The position numbers and the translations under genes were made by a program. From a virus, in IMG/VR virus record IMGVR_UViG_3300037247_001358, positions 5,344-69,343 of that record: 64,000 bases of DNA; one strand, given 5' to 3'. Each line of letters begins with the position of its first letter. The first letter of the stretch is position 1. The notes beneath the pieces are model-generated. The model did no database searches. It worked only from the letters and a program-made list of their open reading frames with translations, and was not told where the DNA came from. Below are positions 19,083-27,865 of the stretch, in pieces.

Positions 19083-19283
19083 TCAGCGGCGCTGAGGGAC
19101 ACCCACCTCATGCTGCGCCCTCAGCTCGGCGTCGTGTAGGTTGTCCACCGGGTCATGCGAGGGCCGGAACATCGGGCACTCGGGGTTGTGGGCGCCGCAC
19201 CGGATGACGTACCGATCCTCTTCGGGCTGTAGCCGCACCCAACACCGACAACCGACGACCTCCATCCCACCATAACCCTTCAT
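19083..19283 (-). CDS. small Cys-rich protein
   Basis: ATG with GGAGGAGG SD; CxC...C..H...C. Confidence 0.6.
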   Translation of the reverse strand: MKGYGGMEVVGCRCWVRLQPEEDRYVIRCGAHNPECPMFRPSHDPVDNLHDAELRAQHEVGVPQRR

Positions 19284-19468
19284 CGCCCCTCCTCCTCCAG
19301 CTGGGAGTGCTCCCGGCACCCACCGTCCCGGTAGCAGTCGATGCAGACCACCGGCGCCGGTTCACTGACCGCCGGCGCCGGTTCACTGACCGCCGGCGGT
19401 TGCAGCACCTCCAACAACAGCTTCTCGAGGCTCTCCGGGTCCAACGTTCCCCGTTCTAGGATCCTCAT
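19280..19468 (-). CDS. small Cys-containing protein
   Basis: ATG with GAGGAGG SD; internal 21-bp tandem repeat. Confidence 0.55.
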   Translation of the reverse strand: MRILERGTLDPESLEKLLLEVLQPPAVSEPAPAVSEPAPVVCIDCYRDGGCREHSQLEEEGR

Positions 19469-19577
19469 GTGCGTCCCTCCTCTCACTCTTAGTATCGGCC
19501 GGCCGGTCGAAAACTGAACCCCTCTAGACAGAAGAATCTCCCCTCCCCCCGTAGGGGGAGGGCTGCTCCACATCTAC

Positions 19578-19646
19578 ATCATAGCATCATCTGGCCCATA
19601 TGTCAAGTCACAGTGACTTGACATTCAGCCCCAGTTGTGGTACGCT
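19578..19646. promoter_or_regulatory. back-to-back divergent promoters with 25-bp palindrome
   Basis: Right: TTGACA(19618-23)-17-TACGCT(19641-46); left: TTGACA(19606-01)-17-TATGAT(19583-78); ATGTCAAGTCAC-A-GTGACTTGACAT at 19600-19624. Confidence 0.85.
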
Positions 19647-19751
19647 GGTATTGTCGGAAGGTATTCATCCGGCGATCTGAGGTAGGAATTGGGTAGGATT
19701 GCAGAACCCTCAGATTCAGGAGCCGGAGATCCAGATTCGGAGGAGCGAGAC

Positions 19752-19955
19752 ATGGTCAATCCAAACCTCTACATCACGGACGATGGCACAATGGATACCG
19801 TCGTCGCCTGCGCCGCGTGCGACTGGGAAGGGCGATACAACCCCGATCCTGGTTATCCCAATGACGAGCCGGACGAGGGGTGGCGTGTCCGTGCGGCACT
19901 AGAAATGGCAGAAGAGGATCACGATTGCGGCCCTAGCGATGGGCCGCTCAACTGA
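19752..19955 (+). CDS. acidic small early protein
   Basis: GGAGGAG SD; CAAC motif. Confidence 0.65.
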   Translation: MVNPNLYITDDGTMDTVVACAACDWEGRYNPDPGYPNDEPDEGWRVRAALEMAEEDHDCGPSDGPLN

Positions 19956-20087
19956 TAGGAAGGCGGGAGCACATGGACTGCATGGCGTGTAGCGGGCCGC
20001 TGCTACTCCTAGGAGCGTTGGGCCGCATCGTCTGGTACCGCTGCCAGGACTGCGGGCTCGACCAGTGGAGGAAGGCTAGGTGAGCGT

Positions 20088-20420
20088 ATGAGGCGAAGAT
20101 ACCGGCGCTCGCGCACTGACTACCCGGCGGGTGTGCTGGCCGTGTACGACAACGGGGGGCGGACGGCCGACCGCTACACCGTGGTCTACACGCCTGAGCG
20201 CACAGTTACCAGAGGCTACCCTACCCGCGACGTGTTCCCCTACGTACACATGAGCAGCGACCCCTTCTGGCCGCAAGGCGTCTGCCAGCACGGGGAGCTG
20301 GGGTTCCGGCCTACAGCAGAGTGGGGGCGGGAGAAGGTGATCGCGTTTGAGGAGTTGCCGCCCGACTGCCAGCGGGCAGTGCGACAGGACTTAGCGGAAG
20401 AGGAGGCGACCTATGACTAG
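20088..20420 (+). CDS. conserved phage early hypothetical protein
   Basis: YDNGGRTADRYTVV...FEELP motif typical of a widespread phage family. Confidence 0.75.
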   Translation: MRRRYRRSRTDYPAGVLAVYDNGGRTADRYTVVYTPERTVTRGYPTRDVFPYVHMSSDPFWPQGVCQHGELGFRPTAEWGREKVIAFEELPPDCQRAVRQDLAEEEATYD

Positions 20421-20748
20421 GATCATAGTCGAGACGATTGACGACATGCCAGGCTCCCCCGGCAATAGGGGCGGCCTGCCATTGGGCTGCGTGCTGGAGA
20501 CGGACGGGCCTACGGTGCTTGCCCACGGAGAGGGCGCCACGTTCAGCTCGGAGGGATTGGAGAGGATCGCCCAGGACATGCAGACCTTTACCGCCATCTG
20601 GCGGGACATTCCAGATAACGAAGGCCAGACCATAGAGGTGCGAGCCCTAGACCTCCAAGCTGCCTTGCAGTGGCTCGCCCGGCACTACCACGGGCCGTTC
20701 GAGTTGTGGGTTGACGCGGCGCCCGTCTACCTCGGCGAGTTTGAGTAG
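20413..20748 (+). CDS. hypothetical protein
   Basis: AGGAGG SD, overlapping start. Confidence 0.65.
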   Translation: MTRIIVETIDDMPGSPGNRGGLPLGCVLETDGPTVLAHGEGATFSSEGLERIAQDMQTFTAIWRDIPDNEGQTIEVRALDLQAALQWLARHYHGPFELWVDAAPVYLGEFE

Positions 20749-20933
20749 GGCGGTAGACCAGACGGCAATCAAGGCAGTGAGAAGGGCGCTAGCCTAGCGA
20801 GAGGAGACGACTGGAATGCTTCGACGCTGGATACTGAGATGGCTGGGGGCAGCACCCGCAGCGCATGACCACCACTACTGCAACCCGCGCTGCGATTGCC
20901 AATAGCCAGCACCACGAGAGGAGACAACCGAAG

Positions 20934-21311
20934 ATGGCGACGGACACAGAACGGGAGACGCTACAGGGCCGCATTTACCTGGCCCTCGAAGAGCTGGACG
21001 ACCATATCGAGAGGTTGGAAGGCGACGAGCTGGCCTCGTTCCTCGATAGTCCCGACTACAGCGGGACCCTGCATGAGATAGCCGACGGGTGCGTTCCGGT
21101 CTACAACGCGGACATTCTCGACGTGGCGGCGAGCGACCATAACGTCTCGCTACGAGAGCCTGAGTGCGGGCCGGCGTTCGACGGCACGCCTACGCCCGTG
21201 AACATCGCAGCGGCCAACATCTACGAGCTGATCAGCGAGGCGCTGTACGCCGACATTGAGAGACGTAAGGAAGAGTTGGAGGTCGATAGCGAAGAAGGGG
21301 CGGCCGAATGA
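20934..21311 (+). CDS. ocr: Ocr (T7 gp0.3)-like DNA-mimic antirestriction protein
   Basis: Highly acidic; LHEIADGCVPVYNADILDVAASD and ANIYELISEALY align with recalled T7 Ocr [23 protein letters not shown] and ARIYEQLTIDLW. Confidence 0.8.
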   Translation: MATDTERETLQGRIYLALEELDDHIERLEGDELASFLDSPDYSGTLHEIADGCVPVYNADILDVAASDHNVSLREPECGPAFDGTPTPVNIAAANIYELISEALYADIERRKEELEVDSEEGAAE

Positions 21312-21499
21312 AGCTCACGATCGCCTTTGACCTCCGGCAGAAGGAACGGCGGGCGATTACGGATTGGTATCGGCGACATGGGCACTGGGTCTATGTGCCG
21401 GAAGCGGGCGATAGCGATTGCATCAGCTTCATAGCGATGGCAGTCGGGGATGCAATCGCAGGCAAGACGGAGCGGAAGGGAAGGGAGACGACCGAATGA
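21308..21499 (+). CDS. hypothetical protein
   Basis: ATGA-coupled small ORF. Confidence 0.6.
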   Translation: MKLTIAFDLRQKERRAITDWYRRHGHWVYVPEAGDSDCISFIAMAVGDAIAGKTERKGRETTE

Positions 21500-21672
21500 G
21501 CAGGCGCTACGGCGGCGACCTCTTCACCACGGACTGCGCGAACGGGCGGCACGCCTGGCGCCCAACCTTCGGGGCCAACGGCTGCCTCGGACCGCCCGTT
21601 ACGTGCAAGTGGTGCGGGATCAACAGGAGGACCTGGCGCCGGCGGATAGCGAGAGAGGAGACGACCGAATGA
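21496..21672 (+). CDS. small Cys/His zinc-finger-like protein
   Basis: C..GRH.W...CKWCG; ATG in repeated junction motif. Confidence 0.6.
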   Translation: MSRRYGGDLFTTDCANGRHAWRPTFGANGCLGPPVTCKWCGINRRTWRRRIAREETTE

Positions 21673-21902
21673 GCTACAAGATCGTGAGGTTCCGGCGGAA
21701 GAGCGGCAGCCGGCCACGGGTCATCAGGCAGGGGCTCACGCTCGAAGAGGCGCGGACGCACTGCTCGAGGGGGGACACGCGCGGTCCCAGGGTAGAGTGT
21801 GGGGTGTGCGGTCTCCGCCAAAAGGCTGGCCCGTCCGAGCGGTGTTCGGCGTGCGGCGGATTCATGGTGAGCGACTGGTTCGACGGGTACGAGGAAGCGT
21901 AG
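21669..21902 (+). CDS. conserved phage protein with inserted zinc ribbon
   Basis: YKIVRF...GLTLEEAR.HC...WFDGY family pattern with extra CxxC..CxxC. Confidence 0.65.
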   Translation: MSYKIVRFRRKSGSRPRVIRQGLTLEEARTHCSRGDTRGPRVECGVCGLRQKAGPSERCSACGGFMVSDWFDGYEEA

Positions 21903-21919
21903 AGAAAGGGGACGACCGA

Positions 21920-22147
21920 ATGACACACCCAGAGAATATGACGATTGTTACCTGGTTTGGGACAGTGGCGGTGCTCGTCGCCCTCCCCATCGTTATCCTA
22001 CTGGCGATTGGACAGGTCGAGGACAAGCTAGAGGTGGCGGAGATCGCCGGCACGAGGGTGCCGCCGGTGTCCTGCCAGGAGGACGAGGTGATCTGGTGGA
22101 CGGGACCCGACACGCTGGGATGCGTCCACTTCGAGGAGGTGCGCTAG
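21920..22147 (+). CDS. small membrane-anchored protein
   Basis: N-terminal hydrophobic helix, CQEDE...C. Confidence 0.6.
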   Translation: MTHPENMTIVTWFGTVAVLVALPIVILLAIGQVEDKLEVAEIAGTRVPPVSCQEDEVIWWTGPDTLGCVHFEEVR

Positions 22148-22356
22148 TGGCGAACGTCAACTGCCTGGAGGGGATGGCCTGTCCCAAGTGCGGGTCAGAG
22201 GAGCCGTTCTACATCTCAGCAACGGCCACGTTCCTTGTCTATGACGACGGCACGGTGAGCCACGCGGAAGTGGAGTGGGAGCAGGAGGCATCGATCAAGT
22301 GCGACTCCTGTGGACACCTCGGCGTCGTGGCCGACTTTCAGAAGGAGGTGCGGTAG
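22147..22356 (+). CDS. zinc-ribbon protein
   Basis: CPKCG...CDSCG. Confidence 0.7.
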   Translation: MANVNCLEGMACPKCGSEEPFYISATATFLVYDDGTVSHAEVEWEQEASIKCDSCGHLGVVADFQKEVR

Positions 22357-22635
22357 ATGTTCGCAGTGGTGAGAGTCGAGAGCGGTATCCTCGAAGGCGT
22401 GACGCTGTTCGAAGACCGAAAGAAGGCGTTGGAGTGTGGCCGGGATGAGTTCGAGAGAATGACGGGCGGCTTTATCTCGATGGCAATGGTGCAGGACTGT
22501 GGCGCTGGCGAGATGCTAGAGACCGAGCCAGACTACGACGAGGAGTGGGGCGGCGTCGCCCGTGGCCACGTCATGCACTGGTTGACGGACGACGTTGACG
22601 TGTGGGTGATGGAGCCGGGAGAGGAGGTGCGGTAA
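22357..22635 (+). CDS. acidic hypothetical protein
   Basis: AAGGAGG SD. Confidence 0.65.
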   Translation: MFAVVRVESGILEGVTLFEDRKKALECGRDEFERMTGGFISMAMVQDCGAGEMLETEPDYDEEWGGVARGHVMHWLTDDVDVWVMEPGEEVR

Positions 22636-22938
22636 ATGACAGCAAGCGAGCACTACATTCTGAAGGGTCACAAGGCCGTGCCCGCAGACCTGATGACGTG
22701 GGCACGATGGTTAGAGACCACCAGCCGACGGGTAGCCGAGACAAAAGTAGGGGCTGCGCGTGTCTCCACCGTCTTTCTCGGCCTGGATCACAGCTTCGGT
22801 GACGGGCCACCGTTGCTGTTCGAGACGATGGTGTTCGGTGGTCCGCTGGATGACGAGATGGAACGCTACACCACCTGGGATGAGGCCGAGCAGGGCCACG
22901 CCAGGATGGTTGAGCGCGTGAGAGAGGAGGACGAATGA
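22636..22938 (+). CDS. conserved phage hypothetical protein
   Basis: VSTVFLGLDH...PLLFETMVFGG...RY.TW.EA..GH family motif. Confidence 0.75.
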   Translation: MTASEHYILKGHKAVPADLMTWARWLETTSRRVAETKVGAARVSTVFLGLDHSFGDGPPLLFETMVFGGPLDDEMERYTTWDEAEQGHARMVERVREEDE

Positions 22939-23120
22939 CAGCAGCCCAATTCAAGGAAGCCCGTAAGAAATTGGGGGTGTCTCAAGAGGCGCTCGCGCAC
23001 ATGCTGGGGATCTCGGTCCGGTCCGTGGCCCGGTACGAGAGGGGCAGCCACCCGGTTCCGAAGACCGTCGAGCTGGCGCTGCACTATCTGGTGGGCACAA
23101 GGAGGAAGCATCGTGGCTAA
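22935..23120 (+). CDS. XRE/Cro-family HTH transcriptional regulator
   Basis: RKKLGVSQEALAHMLGISVRSVARYERG. Confidence 0.85.
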   Translation: MTAAQFKEARKKLGVSQEALAHMLGISVRSVARYERGSHPVPKTVELALHYLVGTRRKHRG

Positions 23121-23523
23121 AAAGATGGGAGCCTACGGCGAGCCGTGGAGCGCAGAGGAAGGCGATGGCTATGTTCGCAGCCTCACAGCACCACCCTCCG
23201 GCTCGCGCATCTGTCAAGTCGTCCGCAATAGGGAAGCCTACGCCCGCCGGATCGTCGCCTGCGTGAACGCGGCGGCAGGGATACCAACGCCGATTCTGGA
23301 AGTGCTGACACCTGAAGGCTCATGGGCGGACCGCTTCACAAAGGCATGGATAGCAAAGTACGACACGCTGCTAGAGGCGCTGCCAGACATCGAGCTGCTG
23401 GCCCGCGTCGCTGAAGCCCTGGCCTATCGTGGGATAGAGCCAGCGTCCGACGTAGAGAAATTGCGCGTCGCAGCCGGGCGAATCCGTGCCACCATCGCAG
23501 AGGTGGAGCGCAGACAGACTTGA
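23113..23523 (+). CDS. hypothetical phage protein
   Basis: ARRIVACVNA motif common in phage proteins. Confidence 0.7.
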   Translation: MAKKMGAYGEPWSAEEGDGYVRSLTAPPSGSRICQVVRNREAYARRIVACVNAAAGIPTPILEVLTPEGSWADRFTKAWIAKYDTLLEALPDIELLARVAEALAYRGIEPASDVEKLRVAAGRIRATIAEVERRQT

Positions 23524-23548
23524 CGCACACAGCCCGCCCCGCTATAAT
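23511..23548 (+). promoter_or_regulatory. promoter TTGACG-17-TATAAT embedded in CAGACAGACTTGACGCA box
   Basis: Direct reading; variant box AGACAGACCTGACGCA at 23638-23653. Confidence 0.8.
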
Positions 23549-23669
23549 TTCGGTAGACACCCAGGGCACCCCGCCGCACCTAGCGAGAGACGTGAGCGTG
23601 TGCGTTCAGCCGCAACCGACAGAACCTAGACAACCTAAGACAGACCTGACGCACAGAGGAGGCGAGGAC

Positions 23670-23876
23670 ATGGCACTGGTTCTAACGCTAACCGGAGGGG
23701 CCGAGGATTACATCCTGATCAGCCACGGCGGCGAGTCGATCCGCATCCAGGTGCATAAGGCGGACAGGTCGAATCGCCCTGTCGTGGCCTTCCTCGCCGA
23801 CGTTGCCAGCGGTGGCGCACCGCCGGCGAGTTGGCAGTTCGTACGCAAGGCGGTCAGAGAGCGAGAAGGTGGTTGA
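23670..23876 (+). CDS. small beta-rich protein (weak CsrA-like N-terminus)
   Basis: MALVLTL...YILI...IRIQV; GAGGAGG SD; the resemblance is weak. Confidence 0.5.
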   Translation: MALVLTLTGGAEDYILISHGGESIRIQVHKADRSNRPVVAFLADVASGGAPPASWQFVRKAVREREGG

Positions 23877-24163
23877 GTCTGAGCTAAAGCTCGATGCGTG
23901 CAGCGGGTGTGGGGCCTTCCGTGTCGTCTACCGCTACGGTGACAAGTGGTTGTGCAAGGGACCCAACCGCTGCTGGCAGCGCCGTAGAACCGGGCGTGTG
24001 AACAGGAGGAAGTGATGGAACCTAAGAGTGGCTATCAGAAGATGCTTCACCAGAACTACCACATCGCCCAGAAGTTGGGGCCTGCGCCGAAGTGTCCTTA
24101 CTGTCCTCAGAAGAAGGTTCCCTGCGTTCGCCGCCTGCTTGGGGTGCTCCTTAGGAGGAAGCC

Positions 24164-24346
24164 ACGCCAAAGCGCGTCTCAGTAGAGGCAAGCAGGTTGC
24201 TACGGTTCGTCAAGGAGAACGCCAACGGAGCGTGCGGCCTCGAGGAGCTGGCCGGCGACCTGCGGATGAGCCGGGCGGCGGTCGCCCGTGCCATCAAGGA
24301 GCTGGAGGCTGCGGGCATCATCAGCCTGCACGTAGAGGAGGATTGA
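24164..24346 (+). CDS. winged-HTH DNA-binding protein, probable ACG start
   Basis: LEELAGDLRMSRAAVARAIKELEAAGII; AGGAGG 5 nt before ACG; in-frame TAG just upstream; alternative TTG start further in. Confidence 0.7.
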   Translation, partial: TPKRVSVEASRLLRFVKENANGACGLEELAGDLRMSRAAVARAIKELEAAGIISLHVEED

Positions 24347-24347
24347 G

Positions 24348-24701
24348 ATGAAGAAGTGCGCTGATTGGTGCGGGGGCGGCTGTACTCAGGAACAGTATGC
24401 CCAAGCTGTCCAAGCTGCCGACAAACTGGTCCAGCAACTAGGTGAGGGGTGGAGGCCCGAAGTGTATGAGAACCTTGGCTGGCATTTCGGTGCCGCATCG
24501 CCCTGCGACAGAGTACGGGTGTCTGTCCGCAAAGGGGACAACTATCTAGCGTTGATTGGTGAGGCCGGCTCCCATGCGGGGCAGTGGGCAGGAGTCGGAG
24601 ACACCGCGAAGGCAGCGGTGGGTGCCGTCCTGGCACGGACCAAGGCCGAGAGAGACAAGCTGACCGCGTGGCTAGAGGACTTTGATGCTCGTCGTCGATA
24701 A
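24348..24701 (+). CDS. hypothetical phage protein
   Basis: GW.P.V.ENLGWH motif, GAGGAGG SD. Confidence 0.7.
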   Translation: MKKCADWCGGGCTQEQYAQAVQAADKLVQQLGEGWRPEVYENLGWHFGAASPCDRVRVSVRKGDNYLALIGEAGSHAGQWAGVGDTAKAAVGAVLARTKAERDKLTAWLEDFDARRR

Positions 24702-26100
24702 TGTCTTCGCCCGGATCGAGTTGGGCCGTGAGCGCACCCTGATCGGCGGGATGCTCCGCTATAGGAGCAAGGGCTACCGCTTCACGGAGGCATACAAGCG
24801 GGGACGGTGGGATGGATGGAGGAGTATGCTCGACCGCTTCGGCCGCTTCCCTGCGGGGCTCGTGCCGTTCGTCACCCAGAGGCTCTCAGCCGCCGGTCAC
24901 AGCATCGAGATCGAGGACACCCGTGTACGTCCCCCGCCGCACCCGGCCATCGCCCCAGCGTCGCTCTCAGCCACGCTGATGCCACATCAGGAGGCCGCCG
25001 TCACCGCCGGATATGAGGCCGGCCGGGGATTGATCCACCACCCCGTCGGCGCCGGGAAGACGCTGGTCCTGGTCGAGCTGGTACGACGGTGCGCCGTACC
25101 CGCCCTGGTTCTCACGCACCGGAAGGACCTGCTCTACCAACTTCACGGTGAGTTCACCAAGCACCTCAACATCCCCGGCCTGATCGGGGTGATGGGGGAC
25201 GGGCGATGGCAGGACAACTTCATCGTCATCGGCACCTTCCAGACGATCAACGCCGCCCTCAAGAACTACCCCACCCAAGCGAAGGAGTTCCTAGAGAGCA
25301 GGCAGGCTGTACTGGTGGACGAGGTGCATCACCTACGAGCCCCCACCTATGAGGCGGTGATGAAGGCGGCGACCAACGCCTTCTATCGGTTCGGTTGCTC
25401 GGCCACACCCTTCCGTGAGGGCGACCCCGAGACGCGCTTCAAAGTGGAGGGTTGGACGGGGCCGGTTGTCTCGCACGAGGAGTTTGTTGCGGAGAGGCAG
25501 GTGCCAGCGGACGTCTTCGTCGTCCACTACGACGCGCCGAAGACGGACTTCCCCTGGCCCCAGGACTACGAGGTGGGTGTCTGTGGGAGCAACGAGCGCA
25601 ACAAGCTCGTTGCCGAGTTGGTCTCGCTGGCGCCGAAGCCCGTGCTGGTGCTGATCGAGCGCATCGAGCACGGCCGGCAGCTCGCCCGGATGCTGGACAA
25701 CTGGGGCCAAAAGGCGGTCTTCATCTACGGCGGAGACAAGACAGCGGCCAGGAAGCAGGCGCTCCAGGGTTTCAGAGATAACCTCTGCGACGTGCTGGTC
25801 TCGTCGGTAATACTCGATGAAGGTGTGGACCTGCCCAACATCCGCACCCTGGTTCTCGCTGGCGGGGGGAGGGCGCCACACCGCACCATCCAGCGGGTGG
25901 GCCGGGGGCAGCGGAGGACAGAACTGAAGCAGCGGCTTCTGGTTTTCGATTTTTGGGATCGAGGGAAGTACACCGGCCGCCACGCCAAGCAGCGGTTGAA
26001 GACGTACAAGGGGCAGGCGGCCTACGACACGTTCCAGATCGGGAGGGAAGACGTGCTCCACGCCCTGCGAGCGGGCTTGGTTCAGGAGGGGTTGATATGA
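24685..26100 (+). CDS. superfamily 2 DNA helicase (UvsW/ResIII-like)
   Basis: PVGAGKT, DEVH, SAT, EGVDLP, QRVGRGQR. Confidence 0.92.
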   Translation: MLVVDNVFARIELGRERTLIGGMLRYRSKGYRFTEAYKRGRWDGWRSMLDRFGRFPAGLVPFVTQRLSAAGHSIEIEDTRVRPPPHPAIAPASLSATLMPHQEAAVTAGYEAGRGLIHHPVGAGKTLVLVELVRRCAVPALVLTHRKDLLYQLHGEFTKHLNIPGLIGVMGDGRWQDNFIVIGTFQTINAALKNYPTQAKEFLESRQAVLVDEVHHLRAPTYEAVMKAATNAFYRFGCSATPFREGDPETRFKVEGWTGPVVSHEEFVAERQVPADVFVVHYDAPKTDFPWPQDYEVGVCGSNERNKLVAELVSLAPKPVLVLIERIEHGRQLARMLDNWGQKAVFIYGGDKTAARKQALQGFRDNLCDVLVSSVILDEGVDLPNIRTLVLAGGGRAPHRTIQRVGRGQRRTELKQRLLVFDFWDRGKYTGRHAKQRLKTYKGQAAYDTFQIGREDVLHALRAGLVQEGLI

Positions 26101-26351
26101 GGTTTGAGAACAGGAAGAACACCGTTGCCAACGTCATAAGGGAGGTTCGAGATCACATCCAGCAGGGAGGGGAACCAAACCGGCCAAGGGGGACGATGGT
26201 CGACTACAATGACCTCGAATACTACTTCGACATCCTCGACGTGCAGCTTGCCCCCACTCTGAGGGACGGTAGGCCAGTCACAATCACCCCAGACAGCACG
26301 GTCGGGCGGAACATCGTCCACCTCACACGGAGCCAGGAGGAGGCGCGTTGA
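26097..26351 (+). CDS. hypothetical protein
   Basis: ATGA-coupled with AGGAGG SD. Confidence 0.6.
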   Translation: MRFENRKNTVANVIREVRDHIQQGGEPNRPRGTMVDYNDLEYYFDILDVQLAPTLRDGRPVTITPDSTVGRNIVHLTRSQEEAR

Positions 26352-26352
26352 C

Positions 26353-26754
26353 ATGAAGTGCTACAAGGTCGTACGACAGCGAGGCGGCAGGCTGTACTCG
26401 GCAGTCATCGAGCGGAGCCTTTACGAGGTCGAGTACCTACCCGGCAAGTGGGTGAAGGGTCTCCACGGCACACCACTCCTCGTCTTCGAGACCAGGCCGG
26501 AGGCCCAGCACTTCCAACACGTACGTCACGCCTACGACCTGGAGGTTTGGGAGTGCGAGGCGACCAGAACCCGCCCAGTGAACTTGCTGCCCCCATACCG
26601 GGATACTCGGACCTTCTTCCGCTTCTGGGGAAGGTTCTCTTGGTTCCGGCTACCCAAGGCGGAGCGTCCAAAGACGGCTGTCCCGACGGGCGGCGCCCCA
26701 GATGGGACTCTGGCGGCGGCGCGTGTCAAGCTGACTAGGAGGATTGAGACATGA
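26353..26754 (+). CDS. hypothetical protein
   Basis: GGAGG SD; YKVV...LYSA...Y.PG.W...P.GT pattern. Confidence 0.65.
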   Translation: MKCYKVVRQRGGRLYSAVIERSLYEVEYLPGKWVKGLHGTPLLVFETRPEAQHFQHVRHAYDLEVWECEATRTRPVNLLPPYRDTRTFFRFWGRFSWFRLPKAERPKTAVPTGGAPDGTLAAARVKLTRRIET

Positions 26755-27047
26755 TATTAGAAGCGCTCCGCTCAGCACACCAGCGCTACCCGAACTGTCG
26801 GATCGCCAACTGTGAATGCGACAGCAAGGGGGATGAGTGGGTTCGGGGGTGCGGCTGCCTCTGCCACCTGCTCCAGCTACAGGAGAGGACGGGTCTCGAC
26901 ATCAGCCTCGTCGACTTCGGTGAATATCGGGAACTGGACGAGGACGGCCGAGAGGGCTGGTTAGATGACAGGCGCCCCTGTGCGGCCTGTAGCGGCACCG
27001 ACTTCGACGACGCCGGCTTCTGCAAGCGCTGCGGGCAAGAGCGATGA
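26751..27047 (+). CDS. Cys-rich hypothetical protein
   Basis: Multiple CxC/CxxC motifs, coupled. Confidence 0.6.
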   Translation: MILEALRSAHQRYPNCRIANCECDSKGDEWVRGCGCLCHLLQLQERTGLDISLVDFGEYRELDEDGREGWLDDRRPCAACSGTDFDDAGFCKRCGQER

Positions 27048-27286
27048 AGCCGACAGCTTGGGTTCATATCCAGTTCTACTCCGGCGCCAACGTCCGCTGC
27101 GAGCGTTGCGGCGAGTCTACGGAGGGTGTGGGCTACAGCGAGGGCCAGTCGTGGACGGAGAAGGGCGGGAAGAGCCCGAAGCAGAAGCTGTGCATCCCGT
27201 GCCTGTCCAGGCTCATCGCCCCGGTCATGATCATCCTGTCCCAACCACCACCATCCCCCGGCAGGATGCACCCGGAGAGGAACTAG
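27044..27286 (+). CDS. zinc-finger-like protein
   Basis: CERC...CIPC. Confidence 0.6.
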   Translation: MKPTAWVHIQFYSGANVRCERCGESTEGVGYSEGQSWTEKGGKSPKQKLCIPCLSRLIAPVMIILSQPPPSPGRMHPERN

Positions 27287-27289
27287 CGA

Positions 27290-27847
27290 ATGCCCAAAGG
27301 CTCCAGCTACATCCAGGCCGCCCAAAGCACAGACCAGCAGACTCCTAGAGACCTCTTCGACGCCTTGTGGGAGGCGTTCGGTGGCTTCGACCTCGACCCC
27401 TGCTGCACGCCAGATCAGTATACGGCCCGGAAGGTGCTCAAGAACGGTGGACACATCCACGTTCCGCCGGATTTTGGCAACGTCGCCGGATGTGAGCAGT
27501 CCCAGAAGGCAACGGGACGCATCCACCTCGACGGGCTCGACCAGCGGTGGTATGGAAAGGCTTTTATGAACTCACCTTATGGCCCCGCGCTTCGCAAGTG
27601 GGTGCCGAAGGCCGTGCATGAGGTAGAGTGTGACAACGCCGAGCTGGTGGTGGCGCTGGTCCCGGCCAAGACGGACACCCAATGGTGGCAGCGGTATGTG
27701 CTCGCGCAGGTCACTGAGGAGGGCTACGAGTGCGACAACTGCCTAACCAAACCAACGGAGATCCGCTTCATCCGGGGCCGACTGACGTTCGAGGGCTTCC
27801 CCGCTCCGGCGGGCCACGCCTCGGCGATCGTAGTTTGGAGGAGATGA
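27290..27847 (+). CDS. phage DNA N6-adenine methyltransferase (Dam family)
   Basis: TPRDLF, FDLDPC, DGL..W, FMNSPY, PAKTDTQWW, IRFIRGRL.F. Confidence 0.88.
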   Translation: MPKGSSYIQAAQSTDQQTPRDLFDALWEAFGGFDLDPCCTPDQYTARKVLKNGGHIHVPPDFGNVAGCEQSQKATGRIHLDGLDQRWYGKAFMNSPYGPALRKWVPKAVHEVECDNAELVVALVPAKTDTQWWQRYVLAQVTEEGYECDNCLTKPTEIRFIRGRLTFEGFPAPAGHASAIVVWRR

Positions 27848-27865
27848 TGGATAAGGAGGAACAAC

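Noticed and set aside
18742-19111. Minus-strand ORFs spanning the pentamer repeat
   Set aside because: Translations merely reflect the repeat; no SD; probably non-coding
19351-19398. 21-bp tandem repeat (2.3 copies)
   Set aside because: In-frame coding repeat (VSEPAPA) in a small ORF; no spacers, not CRISPR
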